From a virus (taxonomy: Duplodnaviria; Caudoviricetes), in the IMG/VR virus record IMGVR_UViG_3300011437_000019, positions 1-34,466 of that record: a DNA stretch of 34,466 nucleotides; one strand, 5' to 3'. Below, in pieces: positions 26,602 through 34,466 of this stretch (its first letter is position 1; every line of letters starts with the position of its first letter). Under the pieces are notes generated by a model. The model ran no database searches. It saw only the letters and a program-made list of their open reading frames with translations, and had not been told where the DNA came from. The translations under genes were made by a program, and so were the position numbers.

Positions 26602-28103
26602 TCAAAGCCTCCGACCTCTTCGGCAGTCAACCGCCATGTCGTCGGATCAAACTTCAGCTGGCCTGCAATTCCGGTCATCCCGGTAGTCCGGGCCTTCAGA
26701 ACCTGTAACGTAGTGTTGCCACCTTCACGAACATCTCTAGACGCGCCAATTACGTCGAACGCCAGACCCTCTAGCATCCCGGAGCCTCGCAAGTCTGACA
26801 GCGAGAGCAGCCGACCCTCGTCGTTCTGTTTCCCCTGGCTGCCACTACGCTTGACGTGCACTACCAGTCCTAACCAGCAACCTACTTCTCTGACGAGAGA
26901 AGCGAACTGAACCATCATCAGATCAAGGTATTTGCGGTCGTCCTCCGACTGGCTCCCCACGACCACCGACAAGTTGTCGAGGAAGACGTGCGTGCATCCG
27001 AGCCCGACGGTGGCATACCGCATCTTGGACAGGATGGTCTCGGCGTTCATCTCCCCACCGCAGTCGTACATGACCAGCCGGTCCTTGACCTCCTCGAACG
27101 CCTTGCGTACGTCCGGCTTGGTCATGGCCCCCTGCTCAAGGTGTAACGGACGGTTGACGCGCGGGGTGAGCAGCTTCAGCAGGTTGGATTGAACGGTCCC
27201 TTCAAGGGCCAGCATACCGACCTTGTGTCCGAGGTCGAGCAGGTGGCTGCTGATCTCACAGCAGAGCGTGCTCTTACCAATGCCGGGCCCAGCCGCCAAG
27301 ATGGTTAGCTCCCCGCGGCGCATGCCGCGGAGCATCTTGTTGACCCCCGGGAAAGGGTACGGGACCGGGTCCCCGTCCTTCCACGCCGCCGCTACCTCCC
27401 AAAGCTCATCGCCCGACAAGATGCCCACCGGCCGGTACGGCTTGGCAGTCCACGGCGCCCCCGCCAGCTCCGCACTGCGCCCCGCCTGGAGCATCTCTGA
27501 GGCGTCCTTGAGCGGCAAGGTGGCAATATGCGCCTTCCCGGGCTTCAGCAGCTCCGCGCACTCTTGCGCGGCAGCTTGGCCCGCCTCGTCGGTGTCGAAG
27601 AGGAGCACGACTTTCTCGAAGCTCTCCAGGTACTCCAAGTTCACGCGGAACGCCTTAGCCGCGCCGGCCGCCCCAGACGGCACGGACACCGCCGGGAAGC
27701 CTTTATGCATAACCTGGCTCACGCTGAGCGCGTCGATCTCTCCCTCGGTCACGACCAGCATGGCCCCACCGTTGCGCGCGATGTGATCCCCGAACAGGCC
27801 GACCCGCTTCGGATCGCCGAGCCATAGGAACTTCTTACCCGGCAGGCGCACCTTCTGCGCCACGACCTCGCCGGTAACGCGGTCGCGGTAAGGCGCGACG
27901 TGGCACGGCTCTCCGTGGTACTCGGAGAAGCCGTACCCGAACCGCCCGCACGTCTCCTCGGTCAGCTTTCGCGCCGCGATGCCGCGCACCGCGACCTGGA
28001 GCAGGCCCTTAGCGGTCGGGGCCAGCCGCGTGCCCCCGCCCTGCGCAGAATCACGCTCGTCCACAGAACTCGTACCGGACGTACCGGGCTCCAGCGAGGT
28101 CAC
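26598..28103 (-). CDS. DNA primase-helicase (gp4-like), lacking the N-terminal zinc-binding domain
   Basis: TOPRIM TEGEIDA, FDTD, KDASE; helicase GPGIGKST, LALE, FLDN, VVH, DLRGSG. Confidence 0.93.
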   Translation of the reverse strand: MTSLEPGTSGTSSVDERDSAQGGGTRLAPTAKGLLQVAVRGIAARKLTEETCGRFGYGFSEYHGEPCHVAPYRDRVTGEVVAQKVRLPGKKFLWLGDPKRVGLFGDHIARNGGAMLVVTEGEIDALSVSQVMHKGFPAVSVPSGAAGAAKAFRVNLEYLESFEKVVLLFDTDEAGQAAAQECAELLKPGKAHIATLPLKDASEMLQAGRSAELAGAPWTAKPYRPVGILSGDELWEVAAAWKDGDPVPYPFPGVNKMLRGMRRGELTILAAGPGIGKSTLCCEISSHLLDLGHKVGMLALEGTVQSNLLKLLTPRVNRPLHLEQGAMTKPDVRKAFEEVKDRLVMYDCGGEMNAETILSKMRYATVGLGCTHVFLDNLSVVVGSQSEDDRKYLDLMMVQFASLVREVGCWLGLVVHVKRSGSQGKQNDEGRLLSLSDLRGSGMLEGLAFDVIGASRDVREGGNTTLQVLKARTTGMTGIAGQLKFDPTTWRLTAEEVGGFE

Positions 28104-28302
28104 GCGAGCGGATGCTTTGGATCTTCCAGCCTTCTTGGCGCAGCTCGAAGACGCGCGCGGCCAGGCGCGGGATCTTGTACACGATCAGTGCCTCCATCGG
28201 CGAGATGTTACCCTTCTCCTTCAGGTGCGCCAGCACGGTCTCGCACTGCGAGCGTGTAGCAGGGTCGATGATGTAGAGGGTCTTCACAACACGGTTATCC
28301 AT
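28051..28302 (-). CDS. Small helix-turn-helix protein
   Basis: QCETVLAHL...ISPMEA...RLAARVFELRQEGWKI winged-HTH pattern. Confidence 0.78.
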   Translation of the reverse strand: MDNRVVKTLYIIDPATRSQCETVLAHLKEKGNISPMEALIVYKIPRLAARVFELRQEGWKIQSIRSRDLAGARYVRYEFCGRA

Positions 28303-28682
28303 ACACCAACCTCGCTCTCAGTTACTGCATACTGCTTCGACTGACTGCCACAGACCACCTGCGCGTCATCCGTGTAGGCGATACCGGTCAGCGCATCCTC
28401 GACGGCGCGGGCCAACTTCAAAGCGTCCGGCTTCACCGTATGCTGGTCCCGCGTCACCGTCTTGCCGCGCGGCAGGTGGAAATCCAGTATCAGCTGAACC
28501 GGCCCCGCGTCGCGGCGGGCCACCACCTTACGGGCGGCCGCTTTGACAACCGCTTGCCAAGCCTTGACCTTCGGGTTCGCATCTACGATAGCCACGCCCA
28601 TCTTACCCGTCTTGCGGCGAACCGGGAAGCCCTTCTTAGAGCCTCCCGGCTGCGGTAGACCTGCGACGAAGAACCGAGGCAC
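28284..28682 (-). CDS. rusA: RusA-family Holliday junction resolvase
   Basis: GLPQPGGSK, KPDALKLARAVEDALTG..YTDDAQV; start at GTG 28682, just after the SSB stop. Confidence 0.85.
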   Translation of the reverse strand: MPRFFVAGLPQPGGSKKGFPVRRKTGKMGVAIVDANPKVKAWQAVVKAAARKVVARRDAGPVQLILDFHLPRGKTVTRDQHTVKPDALKLARAVEDALTGIAYTDDAQVVCGSQSKQYAVTESEVGVWITVL

Positions 28683-28683
28683 G

Positions 28684-29307
28684 TTACTTGAAGTCCGCGT
28701 CCGGGCCGGCGTCCGTGGTCTCTTCCGTCTCAAAGGACTCCGAGGAGTACCCCTCTTCTTCGTCAAACCCTGTGAGGTTTCCGACGAACGCAACCAGCTT
28801 GATCACCTGTACAACGTTCATGTACAGCGTCACCCCGGCTTCGAGGTTGCCGTCATCCGTGGTGCGCGTGTACTCCGCCACCGTGTGCTTGATTCGCAGC
28901 TCGGAGCCGGCGCCAATCTGCGGTCCACGGTAGGGGCCCTTACGCGAGTCGATGATCGTCGGCGTCATCTCAACAGTCTCGCCGTCCTTGTCGTAGCTGG
29001 CGTTGAGCTTGAACCTGGCCACGATGAACCCAGTGTCCACGCCGTCCTCGTCCTGCTCCGTCTTGAACGGCAAGCGTGTTTCGATGGTGACACCCTTCTT
29101 GGCCGTGCGCTTGGCGGCAGCGGCCTCGGCGGTCACGACTTCCTCGATCGTCTGCATCCACTCCTGGACCTTGGGGTCGGAGATGTCCAGACGCAGGCCG
29201 GTGCTGAAAACGCCGCGCTTGTTGAACTTGGTGTCGGGCTTATCGAGACGCGGGTAGACCGCGACGCCCTTCTCGGTGATCAGTTTGAGTTTCTGCTTGG
29301 TAGTCAT
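28684..29307 (-). CDS. Single-stranded DNA-binding protein (gp2.5-like)
   Basis: YPRLDKPDTKF, IGAGS, VQVIKLV, acidic C-terminal tail ending DFK. Confidence 0.88.
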   Translation of the reverse strand: MTTKQKLKLITEKGVAVYPRLDKPDTKFNKRGVFSTGLRLDISDPKVQEWMQTIEEVVTAEAAAAKRTAKKGVTIETRLPFKTEQDEDGVDTGFIVARFKLNASYDKDGETVEMTPTIIDSRKGPYRGPQIGAGSELRIKHTVAEYTRTTDDGNLEAGVTLYMNVVQVIKLVAFVGNLTGFDEEEGYSSESFETEETTDAGPDADFK

Positions 29308-29315
29308 GATTCCTC

Positions 29316-31772
29316 TCAACTAAAGAAATGGGCGCTTTCTAGCACCTCGGTTACGGACATCTTACCATATGCCGGCAGCGCCGACAACGTGTGTTTCTTC
29401 AACGGCCCTTGAACCTCGTCGCGAAACGCAGCCAGCACATCCCGGCTAAACATCTCCGCGTAGGCGTCACGAACAGCCTGATAAACGATACCGAGCTGCG
29501 CGGCGGGAGCGCCGAACGAGTCATGTATGGCGGTCAACTGGTTCGCGCCGCGGTCCAGGCTGGTGCAAACCGTGCCCACCATGGCGGCGGCGTCAAGGCT
29601 GTGTACAAAGTTGGGTGCGATCGCGTTAGCCTGGCGCACCCGGTTGACCTCGGCGGTCTCCTGCCGCATCTTGGCTCGCCTCACGCCGTGCCCCAGGGTG
29701 GTCTGCACTTTCAGGGAATGCCACTTCTGGTAACTTTGCACGACCACGAAACCGCTAGGGGTCGTCCAAGCCACGGACAGGTTCTCAGCGGAGTAGGCGT
29801 CCGCGACCTCTCGCAGCCAGTCCATGCAGACCCGAGCCGACCGGACAACGGCATGAATCGCCTCCCAGAGGTGATCGGTGAGATAGGAGGTGGCCTTGGC
29901 GAGCTCGTACCCAAACGGGGTATCCCCCATCTCCTTGGCCCGCTCCTCGGCCCACTCAAGGACATACTTTCGCGCACTGTAGATCGTTACCCCGTACGGT
30001 AGGGTCATGACGGGACGTTTGGCCGCCTCGCGCGGCACACGGCCGTCTACGAAGCTGAGCCAAATCTTGGCCGTCTGGTCGCCGTTGACTGCGGCCAGGC
30101 GTAGACGCTCCGTCACCACGTCGGCGACGTCCTGGTAGATGTCGCGCGGTAAGTCTGACGGTAGGCAGTTGGTGGCAGCCCCAGCTACCTCGTCGCGCAG
30201 GAGTAGAGAATAGACCTGTAGCCCGTTGTTAGTGCCATCTAGGCGCAGCGGTAGGCGGCCTACGAACGTTCCCGGCTTAGCGGCCTTGAACCGGGCCCAC
30301 TCGTCGCAGAAGGCTAGAAACTCCCACGGCGCCGACGCATCCTGCCACCACGCCTCTTGCTCGGGGTCTGCCGCGACGGCCATGATGTCTTGCTCGTGTT
30401 CCTCAACCCACCGCGCTCGGTCCGCGAAGCTGACCTTACTGTGACCCCAGCAATTAGCCCCGTAGATAGCCAGCCAACGCTCCGCGTCCTCGTCCACCAT
30501 GCGCGCTCCGACCCCGAAGCGTAGTAGGCCACGATCCTCGGAAGAGCCTTGCGGCGAGAGGAAGTGCGGTACGGGGTAGGCCCGGCCACGGAAATCTAGC
30601 TGGTGCGGATAATAGAATCGCTTGGTCAAGAACCGGGTAGCCATGACCATCCGGTGCGCGTGCTGGAGGCGCCGCGAGCGAGCCGAGAGGTTGCGCCGCT
30701 TAGCGCCCCAGTAAGCGCGCAGCCAAGCGCGGCGCATCGCATACACTTCCGGGTCCTTCAAGTTGACCGCTTCCTCCCAACGGTCCGGCACGCTGGTCGG
30801 CTTGGGCGGTAAAGCCTCGTCCTCGCGCGAGGGTAGGTCACAGACATGCTGCCCTCGTTCGCCGTAAGCGAGCATGACCCGGTAAACGAAAGGGTTGACC
30901 TCCCACGCCGTCCCTTGTAGGGCGTTGACGGCCTGGATCGAGGTGGCCAGCGAGACCGGGCTCAACTCCCGCCGCTGGGAGCGTGAGCGCGACTTGACGA
31001 GCGGCTTGCGATAGAGCAGGTTAGTGTGGTAACCTCCCTCAGTCAACGACTGCCACGGCACCGGCGTGTCCACCGTCGGGGTGTAGTAAGGCGCGAAGGC
31101 CGCCGCCGCGGAGCCGCTCTTCTCGATCCACGCCAGCGTCTCCTTGGTGACCACCACGACGCGCTCCTGACGCAGCTTCGGTCCGGAGGCGATACGCACG
31201 ACCACCTCAACGAGCCCCGTAGACTGAATGACAAGCTCCAACAGCACCATGCCGATCACCATGCGCTGCTTCTTCGTCCACGGCTGCCAAGCCACGCCGG
31301 TCCGCTTCATCGCTGCCATGAGGCGTTGGCGCACCGAGGCGTACCCCAAGTTTTGCCGCGTCGCGCGCTTGAGCTCGTGGTTGAACTCCTTGCGCGCCGC
31401 ACGGCGGAACGCCTGGTAGCGCAGCTCGTCTTCCACCCGACTACCCAGCTGCGCGACCAACGAGTTGTACAGCCGCTCACGGGAGAGACTGTCGAGGAGG
31501 AACTGGCAGGTAACCAAGGCCACCGTGGCCGGCACAGCCTGGGTCAGAGGCACCACGTTGTCGACTCGACGGCCCTTTGCCTTGGCCTTCTTCCAATCAG
31601 TCAACGCTATCGTGACGCGACTAACGGCCTGACGCAGGAGGTTCTGGTGCGAGGGTAGGACCCCCTCGGACTGGCCTTCTACAGCGCGACGTTGACGCCT
31701 CGCGTAGCGCGCAAAGCCGAGGTCTGCCATGGCTTGCTCAAGCCGCGCCTCGTCTAAGGAGTAGTCGCTCAT
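29316..31772 (-). CDS. Single-subunit DNA-directed RNA polymerase (gp1-like)
   Basis: DFRGRAY, motif A DGTNNGLQ, motif B KRPVMTLPYG, PNFVHSLDA, motif C IHDSF. Start at ATG 31772 (ATGA overlap). Confidence 0.97.
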   Translation of the reverse strand: MSDYSLDEARLEQAMADLGFARYARRQRRAVEGQSEGVLPSHQNLLRQAVSRVTIALTDWKKAKAKGRRVDNVVPLTQAVPATVALVTCQFLLDSLSRERLYNSLVAQLGSRVEDELRYQAFRRAARKEFNHELKRATRQNLGYASVRQRLMAAMKRTGVAWQPWTKKQRMVIGMVLLELVIQSTGLVEVVVRIASGPKLRQERVVVVTKETLAWIEKSGSAAAAFAPYYTPTVDTPVPWQSLTEGGYHTNLLYRKPLVKSRSRSQRRELSPVSLATSIQAVNALQGTAWEVNPFVYRVMLAYGERGQHVCDLPSREDEALPPKPTSVPDRWEEAVNLKDPEVYAMRRAWLRAYWGAKRRNLSARSRRLQHAHRMVMATRFLTKRFYYPHQLDFRGRAYPVPHFLSPQGSSEDRGLLRFGVGARMVDEDAERWLAIYGANCWGHSKVSFADRARWVEEHEQDIMAVAADPEQEAWWQDASAPWEFLAFCDEWARFKAAKPGTFVGRLPLRLDGTNNGLQVYSLLLRDEVAGAATNCLPSDLPRDIYQDVADVVTERLRLAAVNGDQTAKIWLSFVDGRVPREAAKRPVMTLPYGVTIYSARKYVLEWAEERAKEMGDTPFGYELAKATSYLTDHLWEAIHAVVRSARVCMDWLREVADAYSAENLSVAWTTPSGFVVVQSYQKWHSLKVQTTLGHGVRRAKMRQETAEVNRVRQANAIAPNFVHSLDAAAMVGTVCTSLDRGANQLTAIHDSFGAPAAQLGIVYQAVRDAYAEMFSRDVLAAFRDEVQGPLKKHTLSALPAYGKMSVTEVLESAHFFS

Positions 31773-32218
31773 TGGGGCCAATCCACCGTTAGTTGGAGAG
31801 TGAGGAGATGTCCGCCGAGCTGGCCCACGTCTGGGATGAAGCCCAGGCGCGCACCAACCCGCCACAAGCTGACCTCGACCGCCGGCCCAGCCAGAGGCAC
31901 GATAGAAGGCTCCTGACTTGTGTCGCTCGGGTAGAGCGAGGCACCAGCCAGGAGCCCAACGGAGAACGCAACCTCATCGCTGTAGTATACACTACGCCAA
32001 GCCCCGACGGCAAGGTAAGGCGCCATATCACCAAAACTGTTGCGGAACCCGCCAGCCTCCGCGGTCCAGCACCCCCGCTGCCACGAAACGGCCAAACCTG
32101 GGTTACGCTCCTCCAAGCCAGCCGGGTACTCGTGCCGGGAGGCGAGGGGCAGCACCAAGGCACTGGGGGCACAGCTCGCCAGGGCGACCAAGCCTACAAG
32201 CGTCGGAAGAAGTGACAC
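31769..32218 (-). CDS. Exported small beta-barrel protein, PagP-like
   Basis: Signal/lipobox LVALAS-C; SRH...EERNPG, GGFRNSFG; alternating amphipathic strands; terminal LTLQLTVDW. Confidence 0.55.
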   Translation of the reverse strand: MSLLPTLVGLVALASCAPSALVLPLASRHEYPAGLEERNPGLAVSWQRGCWTAEAGGFRNSFGDMAPYLAVGAWRSVYYSDEVAFSVGLLAGASLYPSDTSQEPSIVPLAGPAVEVSLWRVGARLGFIPDVGQLGGHLLTLQLTVDWPQ

Positions 32219-32640
32219 GCCGCCTCAGTAGCCGCTACGCTGTTCCAATGGCGCGACACGCGGGACGGATGCGGCGCCCACGCGATCCAGTGACCGCCTA
32301 CCACCAGGAACCACTCATAAGGCGGCAGCGACGCCGGGCCGAACATGAGCCGTCTAACGGCTTGACCAAGCAAGACCACATGGGTCACCCCCGGTGGGGC
32401 CTGCTCCAGCACGTCCAGTAAGCTCGTCCGGGCGGATCGCCCCGTCGGCGCCACGTCCCCTCCACCCGGCGCCGGTCCGGGCCACTGCGACAAGACGTTG
32501 CGGAGCACGAAGCGCGCTTGAAACTCCTCTGCACTCAGGCCGCACCACCATGCCAGCATGGAGCCCGTGCGCCCCGTCAAGGGTCGCTTCGGGTCCGACG
32601 TGCGCGACGGCGCTTGTCCCACGATCATTACGTGGTTCAC
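32194..32640 (-). CDS. Uracil-DNA glycosylase superfamily protein
   Basis: MIVGQAP (motif 1), GRTG, VVLLG..V, PHPS (motif 2); start at GTG 32640 overlapping the upstream stop. Confidence 0.75.
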   Translation of the reverse strand: MNHVMIVGQAPSRTSDPKRPLTGRTGSMLAWWCGLSAEEFQARFVLRNVLSQWPGPAPGGGDVAPTGRSARTSLLDVLEQAPPGVTHVVLLGQAVRRLMFGPASLPPYEWFLVVGGHWIAWAPHPSRVSRHWNSVAATEAACHFFRRL

Positions 32641-33005
32641 TACTCGCACACCGTTTCCGCGTGCCCATGATACAGGCGCCGCTCGTCGTCCGGCTCGTCT
32701 ATGTCGTGCGAACACACTTGACACACACCATGGTGGCACCGGAACGAGTGCGTCTCGCAGTGTAAGCCGTACTGCTGGATGACGGCGCGCATGGCCCGGA
32801 TCGCAGGCGCTGTAGCGGCCGAGGTGTCGAAATACTTGAGCCAACCTACGTAGGTAGCTGCCACCTTATCCTGCTCCGGTTGCGTCAACCTCGACAGGGA
32901 CCAACGCTGCTCTTGGCCCGCCATGAAACGCACGGCATGCCGCGACAGGCGCTTCTGCAAGTGCCGCGGCGTCAAGCGACCCGACCACTTGCCGCGCCTA
33001 GCCAC
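32640..33005 (-). CDS. Hypothetical protein with Cys/His-rich C-terminus
   Basis: GTG 33005 after GGAG; HCETH...CHHGVCQVCSH. Confidence 0.55.
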   Translation of the reverse strand: MARRGKWSGRLTPRHLQKRLSRHAVRFMAGQEQRWSLSRLTQPEQDKVAATYVGWLKYFDTSAATAPAIRAMRAVIQQYGLHCETHSFRCHHGVCQVCSHDIDEPDDERRLYHGHAETVCE

Positions 33006-33144
33006 AGAGCGGCTCCAACCTGACAACCCAGTGACCCCACTTGCGATCGGCAGCGCGGTGCGCATCGGCTACGCTGTCGGCCCACAAGAGGGTGCTAAAG
33101 TCAGGACCGGCAGGCGAATGCGCGTAAACCAGGAACGGTATCAT
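32998..33144 (-). CDS. 48-aa hypothetical protein (absent from the ORF track)
   Basis: ATGA-coupled to the integrase stop: MIPFLVYAHSPAGPDFSTLLWADSVADAHRAADRKWGHWVVRLEPLCG. Fills the gap exactly. Confidence 0.55.
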   Translation of the reverse strand: MIPFLVYAHSPAGPDFSTLLWADSVADAHRAADRKWGHWVVRLEPLCG

Positions 33145-33965
33145 GAGAGCCGCCCCGCTTTCTCGACCATATGTAACGCCTGCTGCAAGTCTTGCACACC
33201 CGCGTGCTGGTAGCGCATCGCGGACTGCACATCCTTGTGCCCAAGGAAGCGCATGACCACAGGTAAGGATACCCCGGAGGCCGCCAGCTTGGTGCCGAAA
33301 GTGTGGCGCAAAGCGTGCGGCACGAAGTCGCGGTCCGTAATGTTCAGCGCGACCATGGCACGGCGCCAGGCATGGTTGAGTTGACTCGACGTAACCGGGA
33401 ACGGGCGACGAGCCGACGGGCTACCTAGCGCGACCATGGCGGTAGGGGTGAGCGGTACGGTGCGCACCTCCCCATTCTTGGTGTGCGTGAAGGTGACCCG
33501 GGACGTAGGTAGGTCTACATTGGTCCACGTCAAAGCCAAGGCTTCACCCACTCGACAACCCGTGTCGGCGAGGAATTGCACTAACCGGCCTAGGGTGGCG
33601 TCAGCTTGACCAATCACGCCCACCATGCTAGCGACCTCCAACTCGGTGAGCACACGCGATCGAGCTCGCGGACGCGGCAGGCGCGGAACCGGCACCTTGT
33701 CAGGCACCTTGTACCCCCGCTCTCTGGCGTAACTCAGCAGCCCGGAGAGTACGGCCGCATGTCGCGCTACCGTAGCGGGCGCGTAGAGCGTCGCCAACTC
33801 GACCAGGTAACGGCGCAAGGTCGCCCCCGCTAGAGCGCGCGATACGGTTTTCTCTGTCCCGGCCCACCTTGCGTAGGCACGCAAAGCCGCTGCGGCGTGT
33901 TCCGCAGAGGCTATATAGGCGAAGCGGGTGGCTAACGCAGCGTCAACTAGGCGCCAGATGTTCAC
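33141..33965 (-). CDS. int: Tyrosine recombinase / integrase
   Basis: DTGCRVGE (R), TKNG (K), HALRHT (HxxR), LGH, RY catalytic Tyr. Confidence 0.95.
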   Translation of the reverse strand: MNIWRLVDAALATRFAYIASAEHAAAALRAYARWAGTEKTVSRALAGATLRRYLVELATLYAPATVARHAAVLSGLLSYARERGYKVPDKVPVPRLPRPRARSRVLTELEVASMVGVIGQADATLGRLVQFLADTGCRVGEALALTWTNVDLPTSRVTFTHTKNGEVRTVPLTPTAMVALGSPSARRPFPVTSSQLNHAWRRAMVALNITDRDFVPHALRHTFGTKLAASGVSLPVVMRFLGHKDVQSAMRYQHAGVQDLQQALHMVEKAGRLS

Positions 33966-34162
33966 ACCTTGAGCCTCCTAAGCGCGGCCCTAGTGGCGGC
34001 ACACGTGGCGGCATCCGTGGCGTCCCAAGTGGTGTCCCTAGTGGCGACCCAAGTGGTGTCCCTAGTGGCGACCCAAGTGGCGTCCCTAGTGGCGGCCCTA
34101 GTGGCGGCCCTAGTGGCGGCCCAAGTGGCGGCCTTGGTGGCAGCAAGGTTCTGTTGCTTCAT
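33962..34162 (-). CDS. Repeat mini-gene, last copy: MKQQNL-(xAAT)n
   Basis: AGGAGG RBS, ATGA overlap with the previous copy, GTGA overlap with the integrase start. Confidence 0.6.
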   Translation of the reverse strand: MKQQNLAATKAATWAATRAATRAATRDATWVATRDTTWVATRDTTWDATDAATCAATRAALRRLKV

Positions 34163-34395
34163 CGCGGAGACCTCCTAAGCGCGACCCAAGTGGCGGCCTC
34201 AGTAGCGACCCAAGTGGCGACCCAAGTGGTGGCCCAAGTGGCGGCCCTAGTGGCGGCCTCAGTGGCGGCCCTAGTGGCGGCATCCGTGGCGGCCTCAGTG
34301 TATGTCCAAGTGGCGGCCTCAGTGGCGGCAGCAGTGGCGGCCCAAGTGGCGGTCCTAGTGGCGACCCTAGTGGCGGCAAGGTTCTGTTGCTTCAT
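34159..34395 (-). CDS. Repeat mini-gene, middle copy: MKQQNL-(xAAT)n
   Basis: Identical RBS and N-terminus; ends LRRSPR with ATGA overlap. Confidence 0.6.
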   Translation of the reverse strand: MKQQNLAATRVATRTATWAATAAATEAATWTYTEAATDAATRAATEAATRAATWATTWVATWVATEAATWVALRRSPR

Positions 34396-34466
34396 CGCGG
34401 AGACCTCCTAAGCGCGGCCTTAGTGGCGGCATCAGTGGCGGCCCAAGTGGCGGTCCTAGTGGCGAC
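34392..34466 (-). CDS. Repeat mini-gene, upstream copy (partial, runs off the window)
   Basis: ...VATRTATWAATDAATKAALRRSPR-stop, same ending as the middle copy. Confidence 0.55.
   Translation of the reverse strand, partial: VATRTATWAATDAATKAALRRSPR

Larger units (their letters stand above)
1..34466 (-). mobile_element. T7-like (Autographiviridae-type) phage genome or prophage, probably temperate
   Basis: Single-subunit RNAP, T7-type primase-helicase, PolA and exonuclease, T7-order structural genes and terminase, plus a tyrosine integrase upstream of RNAP. No host genes are recognisable. Confidence 0.95.
33975..34466. repeat. Two-level repeat: 12-bp minisatellite blocks separated by a 41-bp exact direct repeat
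   Basis: AGTGGCGGCCCT / AGTGGCGACCCA-type 12-mers; GCAAGGTTCTGTTGCTTCATCGCGGAGACCTCCTAAGCGCG at 34143-34183 and 34376-34416. Confidence 0.95.

Noticed and set aside
4672-32421. Many long plus-strand ORFs (e.g. 4672-5760, 9520-10392, 17908-18765, 28543-29412)
   Set aside because: Antisense shadows of GC-rich minus-strand genes, with no RBS or motifs.
33975-34466. CRISPR array
   Set aside because: The 41-bp repeats are separated by about 190-bp minisatellite blocks, not unique 30-40 bp spacers. The repeat contains an RBS and start codon, and no cas genes are present.
33975-34466. Diversity-generating retroelement (variants such as AAG/AGG/TGG/GAG and GAC/GCC/GTC fit adenine changes)
   Set aside because: No reverse transcriptase or template/variable repeat pair in the window, and slippage explains the pattern. 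Only sequence beyond the right edge could revive this.

Overview
This window is most of a GC-rich, probably temperate T7-like podophage (Autographiviridae-type) genome or prophage, encoded almost entirely on the minus strand. Reading right to left: an array of translationally coupled repeat-peptide mini-genes, a tyrosine integrase, early genes (UDG-like, PagP-like beta-barrel), single-subunit RNA polymerase, replication genes (SSB, RusA, primase-helicase, PolA, exonuclease, nucleotide enzymes), the T7-order morphogenesis block (portal, scaffold, capsid, tail tubes A/B, internal virion proteins, tail fibre), then the small and large terminase. Three free-standing homing endonucleases are interspersed. 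Left of terL lies a small plus-strand cassette, with two sigma70-type promoters that appear to give leaderless mRNAs. Beyond it are a non-coding repeat/hairpin region, an HExxH peptidase-like gene and a second tail-fibre-like gene running off the window. The most unusual items are: (1) a 240-nt in-frame insertion in terL that looks protein-coding on the opposite strand, flanked by a duplicated LAP tripeptide and complementary ends; (2) the MKQQNL-(xAAT)n mini-gene chain feeding into the integrase; (3) a PagP-like outer-membrane barrel; (4) a primase lacking its zinc-binding domain. All family calls come from motif recognition and synteny, not database searches.
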